A stretch of DNA of 63,946 bases, filler included, from Lenisia limosa (lineage: Eukaryota > Protista > Breviatea): the NCBI GenBank assembly GCA_001655205.1. It is 13 parts of 13 records of this genome, joined end to end, with 100 filler letters (N's around TTAATTAATTAA, not from the genome) between each part and the next. Parts side by side here need not be neighbours in the genome. Positions count along the whole stretch, not along the records: positions 56,176 to 61,695 come from LPNZ01009145.1; positions 61,796 to 63,946 come from LPNZ01011590.1; 11 more parts are not named here. One strand, given 5' to 3'. Numbering within the stretch: position 1 is the stretch's first letter; the number at the start of each line of letters is the position of its first letter. Made by a program: the position numbers and the translations under genes. The notes below the pieces were generated by a model that saw only the letters and a list, made by a program, of their open reading frames with translations, did no database searches and was not told the origin of the DNA. Below, piece by piece: positions 61,131-63,946 of the stretch.

Positions 61131-62742
61131 AAAGAGAGTGACAGGATAAAAACTGTCATCTTTTTCAAAAGTTAATTCAAATAGTCCAACAAATAGGGCT
61201 TAGTATGTATATAACTCCTGTTCCAAGGTAATCAAGGACATGAATATGGTGGTGGTGGTGATAGTGATGATAATATTATGATGATAGTGATGCCAATGGT
61301 TATGTGTGCTATCAAATGCCTACCTGTTTCAAGGTAACCGACGCCACTTTCAGAGCTTTGTAAGACGTCTCTTTATGTCTGAAAAAAAGAGGTGAAAGTA
61401 AAAAGAGGAACTTTATGAAATGAAAGTTAGTTTCAAAAGTAGAAGTGTGACTATGACTGCTTTCGGTTCGAGAAAGACCAGTAAAGTATTGATGGTTTTG
61501 AAAATGTGTTGAGAAACCCAGTCTATTTTCTTTTCGAAGTGAAGCCCTAAGTGTGACATACTGAGATGTAAATTTCATTTCAAACACAATTTCAAATGTC
61601 CCTCCCCACTCTATCAACCCCCACCAGGTATTACTCACTATTCGCCCATCAATCTAGCAAGTCCCCCCCCCTCCAAATAAGAGTGCATTCTCACCNNNNN
61701 NNNNNNNNNNNNNNNNNNNNNNNNNNNNNNNNNNNNNNNTTAATTAATTAANNNNNNNNNNNNNNNNNNNNNNNNNNNNNNNNNNNNNNNNNNNNACATG
61801 GGGAGATTTGATGAGCTTGATGTAAAAAAAGACTGAAATTTCTCGTATTCTCACCTGTCTTTTTCAAATCGGAGTTGAATCGGAGCGTGGCAAAAATAAG
61901 TAAAGAAATAATGACGATTGCGAGAGCAAGCAAAAGAAAAAATTAATTTAAAGCGAGATGTACACCATTTGGAGATAATGCTACTTGCCTTTNNNNNNNN
62001 NNNNNNNNNNNNNNNNNNNNNNNNNNNNNNNNNNNNNNNNNNNNNNNNNNNNNNNNNNNNNNNNNNNNNNNNNNNNNNNNNNNNNNNNNNNNNNNNNNNN
62101 NNNNNNNNNNNNNNNNNNNNNNNNNNNNNNNNNGGATGGATCGGGATACTTTCTTCCTTTGATGGGGCAAATTCTTGATTTCTCAATGTTCAATACATCC
62201 CTTTCTCTTTTCAAATGACTGTATCTTTCAATAACAATCAATTCAGAGAGCAAATGGAAATAAGAGACTTCTTTTTTTTCTTTTCTTTTTTTTCTTCTTT
62301 GTTTTTTTAAAAATTAAAACTTGTGCAGGACTCGAACCCAAAGTTTTTTCTCTTTCCAGCTTTTTATGTGATAAATGTGGTAATATGANNNNNNNNNNNN
62401 NNNNNNNNNNNNNNNNNNNNNNNNNNNNNNNNNNNNNNNNNNNNNNNNNNNNNNNNNNNNNNNNNNNNNNNNNNNNNNNNNNNNNNNNNNNNNNNNNNNN
62501 NNNNNNNNNNNNNNNNNNNNNNNNNNNNNNNNNNNNNNTTGTTTGAGTGAAAGATCGCTGGATCCCACTGATATTAGGAAAATTTCCGCTCCTGAAGAAT
62601 TACCAACAGGGCCTGTAATCTTTGACATTGACAAAAGGTAAATCAACCATTCTCTTACACCCATACTACTAACACTCAAAACGGTGAGAAGTGTTAGCTC
62701 TTCAATTTTCCACAATTGCGGTTCCGAAAACAAATCACAATC

Positions 62743-63097
62743 TCAAGCCGCCTGATGTGGACAATAGAGCCAGAGTCGGATCAACGAGTTCATTGGAGAT
62801 GGCTTTCGGCAGAGAGGGCATTGCGGCTGGAAAAAAGGATATGAGAAATAAAACAAGGTTGTATGCTTATCAGAGATATTGCATTTTTGTATGGTATTAA
62901 TTTCCCAGTTAACTACAGGGAATACACCAATTTGTTTTTGTGAAAAAAAAATAAAAGGTCAATTTCTGCAACTACCCTATTTCGGCCTGAACCCACCTTC
63001 TGTGACACCCAATTTGCAATACAGTTCCAGCAGAAAATGTGTCCACACGGTACGGACGTAGGGTGCGCAGCGTTTTCCAAACACAGCATGCAAATAC
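62743..63097 (-). CDS. PEX10: C3HC4 RING finger C-terminus, PEX10-like peroxin (last two exons)
   Basis: [34 protein letters not shown]|[20 protein letters not shown] has C-x2-C-x11-C-x-H-x2-C-x2-C-x10-C-x2-C spacing at the extreme C-terminus, with the PEX10-typical PT..PCGH.FCW.CI..W pattern. RING call is certain, PEX10 probable. Confidence 0.7.
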
Positions 63098-63946
63098 CTG
63101 GTGTTTGGTTAGTTTAGTGATTTGTCCTGTGGAGTGTCATAAATCGAGCCTACGGTCCAATAAAAGACTGAATTTCTCGATAAATCCTCGATATGTTTTG
63201 ATATTTTATGGGTCTTTCTTGAGAAGATCAAGTCATATCGCAAGAGACGAGACTTGTGTTTTTTGTTTGGAGTGAAAGATCTCAGGGATCTTCTATTTGT
63301 GTGATGTGAATAGAAAGTAAATGGACAGGGGTTGTGCAATTTATGCTACCTCCCCCCCAAATGTACTATCTTGTACAAAGCAAAAAAAAAGCATCATCTC
63401 ACAATACCATAATTTCAACTACCCACCCCCTAGTAACTACAATAGTTAACTTGGACAGCAAACAACACTTTTGGAAGAAACATGGTTAGGGTGTCGTCCA
63501 AATATATACCTAAAAAGCCACAGCGCGGGGGGGGGGGGGGATNNNNNNNNNNNNNNNNNNNNNNNNNNNNNNNNNNNNNNNNNNNNNNNNNNNNNNNNNN
63601 NNNNNNNNNNNNNNNNNNNNNNNNNNNNNNNNNNNNNNNNNNNNNNNNNNNNNNNNNNNNNNNNNNNNNNNNNNNNNNNNNNNNNNNNNNNNNNNNNNNN
63701 NNNNNNNNNNNNNNNNNNNNNNNNNNNNNNNNNNNNNNNNNNNNNNNNNNNNGTCATTTGCTGAAAATAGTAAAGTCTGAACTATAACCTTGTTGTTCTT
63801 GGTAAAGAACTAAAAGAGGCATGGGATTAACTGTTTCTTGAAAAATAATTGAAAAAACAGCTTAATAAGAAATGTTGAATTTGTGTTTTTCAATAGTATA
63901 ATATACATGCTCACGGTCCTAAATGGTGTCATTAATTCCAAAATGG

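Larger units (their letters stand above)
8587..61751. other. Twelve artificial scaffold linkers (N44-TTAATTAATTAA-N44)
   Basis: Identical 12-mer with stops in all six frames, embedded in N runs at 8587, 15657, 26021, 28540, 41295, 42717, 44669, 46562, 51933, 53507, 56120 and 61740. Confidence 0.95.

Noticed and set aside
8587-61751. Recurring TTAATTAATTAA motif as a biological repeat, and gene neighbourhoods across it
   Set aside because: Always centred in a fixed 100-bp N block and has stops in all six frames, so it is a concatenation linker. Genes on either side cannot be treated as linked, and I claim no cross-scaffold gene cluster.

Overview
Eukaryotic, gene-dense, intron-rich DNA from a draft assembly, most likely a microbial eukaryote; WRAP73 and an EML5/6-type gene suggest it has centrioles or flagella. 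The window is not contiguous. Twelve artificial N44-TTAATTAATTAA-N44 linkers join about 13 separate scaffolds, and many other N gaps sit next to poly-G/poly-C runs. The ORF track is mostly uninformative because genes are split into 30-200 nt exons, so I rebuilt gene models by hand from GT-AG boundaries. Recognisable products: PCNA (complete, 9 exons), phospholipase B-like, WRAP73/WDR8, a GLFG/FxFG-repeat nucleoporin fragment, an SLC13/DASS transporter, a fibrinogen-like YCDxxxxGGGW-domain protein, an ankyrin-repeat protein, thymidylate kinase, an EML-like WD40 protein, a COG3899-type STAND ATPase, a PEX10-like RING protein and a PIF/Harbinger transposase fragment. Non-coding DNA holds at least three dispersed repeat families: a ~95 bp hAT-type MITE with 8-bp TSDs (about 20 copies), an ~80 bp Tc1/mariner-type MITE with TA TSDs, and a non-palindromic ~140 nt intronic element. 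The last was in sense orientation in every copy where I could assign the host strand and often supplies the 3' splice signals. It is an introner-like candidate and the most interesting signal here. No rRNA, tRNA or CRISPR array was found. All homology calls come from recognising motifs by eye, not from database searches.
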